A DNA stretch of 36,653 nt. Origin: a virus (lineage: Duplodnaviria; Caudoviricetes). Position 1 is the first letter of the stretch, and each line of letters opens with the position of its first letter. Below are positions 35,024 through 36,653 of this stretch, in pieces. The notes beneath the pieces were generated by a model. That model was given only the letters and a program-made list of their open reading frames with translations, was not told the DNA's origin and searched no databases. The stretch covers positions 1-36,653 of the IMG/VR virus record IMGVR_UViG_3300033067_001732; one strand, given 5' to 3'. The translations under genes were made by a program, and so were the position numbers.

Positions 35024-36649
35024 TTAAGCCTCACAGCTTGCACATTCAAGAATATCTCTTGCGAATGATTGTGCTGAACTTTGGCTAAATTGATAATATA
35101 AAGTTTTAACCCCTTCTTCATGTGCATAAAGATAAAGTGTATTAATATCTTTAGCTGAAACTGAAGGGTGAATCATTAAATTTAATGATTGTGATTGGTC
35201 AATAAATTTTTGTCTTTGAGCTGCTTGTAACACAATTTCCTTTGGACTAATTTCAACAAACGATTTGAAAACTTCCTTTGTTGGAAAGTCTAAATGTTGT
35301 ACGCTTCCATCTCTTTTTAAAATTCCTTCCCAAACATCTGGTGTATTTAAACCATATTTCTCAAGTTCCTGAATTAGCATTGGATTTTTGTAAATAGTTT
35401 TTGACTTTGCCAAATCTTTAATAAAATAATTAGATTTGATTGGTTCAATTCCCATACTTACCTGTCCTAAAATAAACGAACTACTTTTTGTTGGAGCAAT
35501 TGCAATTAAGGTAGTGTTTGCATATCCTGGTCTGATAGAACGATAACCTTTTTCATCATGTAACCATCTCGAAGCCAATTCGCTACGTTCTTTCATTGTT
35601 GAAAAGATTTCGTGATTTAATTGTTTTGCTTGAAGAGAATCAAATGTAATTAATTTAGCCTGAAATAATGAGTGATAGCCTAAAACTCCGAGCCCTAATG
35701 CTCTATGTTGTTCAGCAAAACGATGTGCACGTTTCATTCCTGGCATATTATAAGATTTTTTAACAAACTCATCCATAACTGCATTTAAGAACATAGTGTA
35801 AACTTCAATTGCATCAGTTTCTTTAATTTCGTCCCAATGTAATAGATTAATAGAACCTAAACAACAAACAAATGAATTAAATGAGTCTGTTGGTAATTGA
35901 ATTTCTGAACATAAATTACTTGCTGTAATATCAAGTCCTAATTCTTTATACGGTGAATTGTTATTTGAGTTGTCTTTAAACATAATATAAGGAAAGCCAA
36001 ACTCATTTCTTCTTTGAATAACTTTAGCCCAAACTTTACGTTTTTCAGCATCTCCTGCTTTCATTTCGTCTAACCAAGCATCAGTTACAGTAACTCCATA
36101 TTGTAAATTTTGAATTGGATTACCATCCGTTCCAATATCTAAGAATTCTAAAATATCACTATGTTCGATTGGTAACCATGCAGCACATGCTCCTCTTCTT
36201 GCTTCTGATTGTTTACATACATCAACTGTTGTATCATACATTCTAGCATAGTGAACAGGTCCGTCTGCTGTTCCTCCTGTTGAGATTTTAGTTCCTCTTG
36301 CTCTAATATTTCCTAAAAATACTGAAGTACCACCTCCGTATTTTGACATCATTCCAATTTCTCTACTTCCGTTTAAGATACTATCTAAAGTATCGTCAAC
36401 ATTAGATCCGTAGCAGCTAACTGGAAGCCCTTTGTCTTTTCCAAAATTAATCCAAACTGGTGTTGATAAACTATAAAAACCTCTAGTCATATAGTCCTCA
36501 AATTTCTTTGCAAAGCCTTCTATTTTTAAATATCTTTCGGCGGTATTTGCAACATCTTTGATTCGTTGCTCTGGCGATTCTTTAATGTAACCTCTGGATA
36601 AAAATGTTCTACTGTCTTCATTTAGCCAGTAATTTTTCTCGTAACTCAT
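35024..36649 (-). CDS. nrdA: Class I ribonucleotide reductase alpha subunit, short form without an ATP cone
   Basis: PVSCY, GGGT, SNLCSEI, LGLGVLG, APTKSSS, DQSQSLN, KTLYY and C-terminal CASC. Confidence 0.95.
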   Translation of the reverse strand: MSYEKNYWLNEDSRTFLSRGYIKESPEQRIKDVANTAERYLKIEGFAKKFEDYMTRGFYSLSTPVWINFGKDKGLPVSCYGSNVDDTLDSILNGSREIGMMSKYGGGTSVFLGNIRARGTKISTGGTADGPVHYARMYDTTVDVCKQSEARRGACAAWLPIEHSDILEFLDIGTDGNPIQNLQYGVTVTDAWLDEMKAGDAEKRKVWAKVIQRRNEFGFPYIMFKDNSNNNSPYKELGLDITASNLCSEIQLPTDSFNSFVCCLGSINLLHWDEIKETDAIEVYTMFLNAVMDEFVKKSYNMPGMKRAHRFAEQHRALGLGVLGYHSLFQAKLITFDSLQAKQLNHEIFSTMKERSELASRWLHDEKGYRSIRPGYANTTLIAIAPTKSSSFILGQVSMGIEPIKSNYFIKDLAKSKTIYKNPMLIQELEKYGLNTPDVWEGILKRDGSVQHLDFPTKEVFKSFVEISPKEIVLQAAQRQKFIDQSQSLNLMIHPSVSAKDINTLYLYAHEEGVKTLYYQFSQSSAQSFARDILECASCEA

Positions 36650-36653
36650 TTAG

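Noticed and set aside
6090-36649. Inteins or group I introns in terminase, helicase, UvsX, polymerase or nrdA
   Set aside because: Lengths are ordinary or short, and I saw no splice-junction or LAGLIDADG motifs.
1-36653. Stop-codon reassignment
   Set aside because: Core genes are full length in the standard code, and TAG ends several genes at sensible boundaries.

Overview
This is a 36.7-kb AT-rich segment from the core of a large T4-related (contractile-tailed) phage genome. All well-supported genes but one lie on the minus strand. Morphogenesis genes: tape-measure-like, gp51/gp26-like, tube gp19, sheath gp18, terminase gp17/gp16, an enlarged neck gp14, capsid gp23, a fused protease-scaffold gp21-22, portal gp20, gp2, gp4 and gp15. 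Replication and transcription genes are interleaved with them: gp62, RNase H, gp44, gp55, gp46/47, gp33-like, gp41, UvsX, a C-terminal half DNA polymerase, gp45 and nrdA. TAnnTTTG promoter elements and A-rich start regions without Shine-Dalgarno sites suggest a Bacteroidota host (inference). Three promoter classes can be read from the sequence: GATATATA (late), TGAAAC-N17-TATAAT (replication genes) and TATATTTG (host type). The most interesting signals are: (1) five to six otherwise unrelated proteins share an MK-x-I-x-x-F-E-x-F-x-N-E leader that resembles the T4 capsid-targeting sequence; (2) a cassette-like region after nrdA in which an 86-88 bp multi-hairpin direct repeat precedes dual promoters and such cargo genes; (3) an internal late promoter and start inside the protease-scaffold fusion; (4) a candidate +1 frameshift joining the two genes upstream of the tape measure; (5) a split DNA polymerase whose other half is not adjacent. 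All protein assignments come from recalled motifs and synteny; no database search was run.
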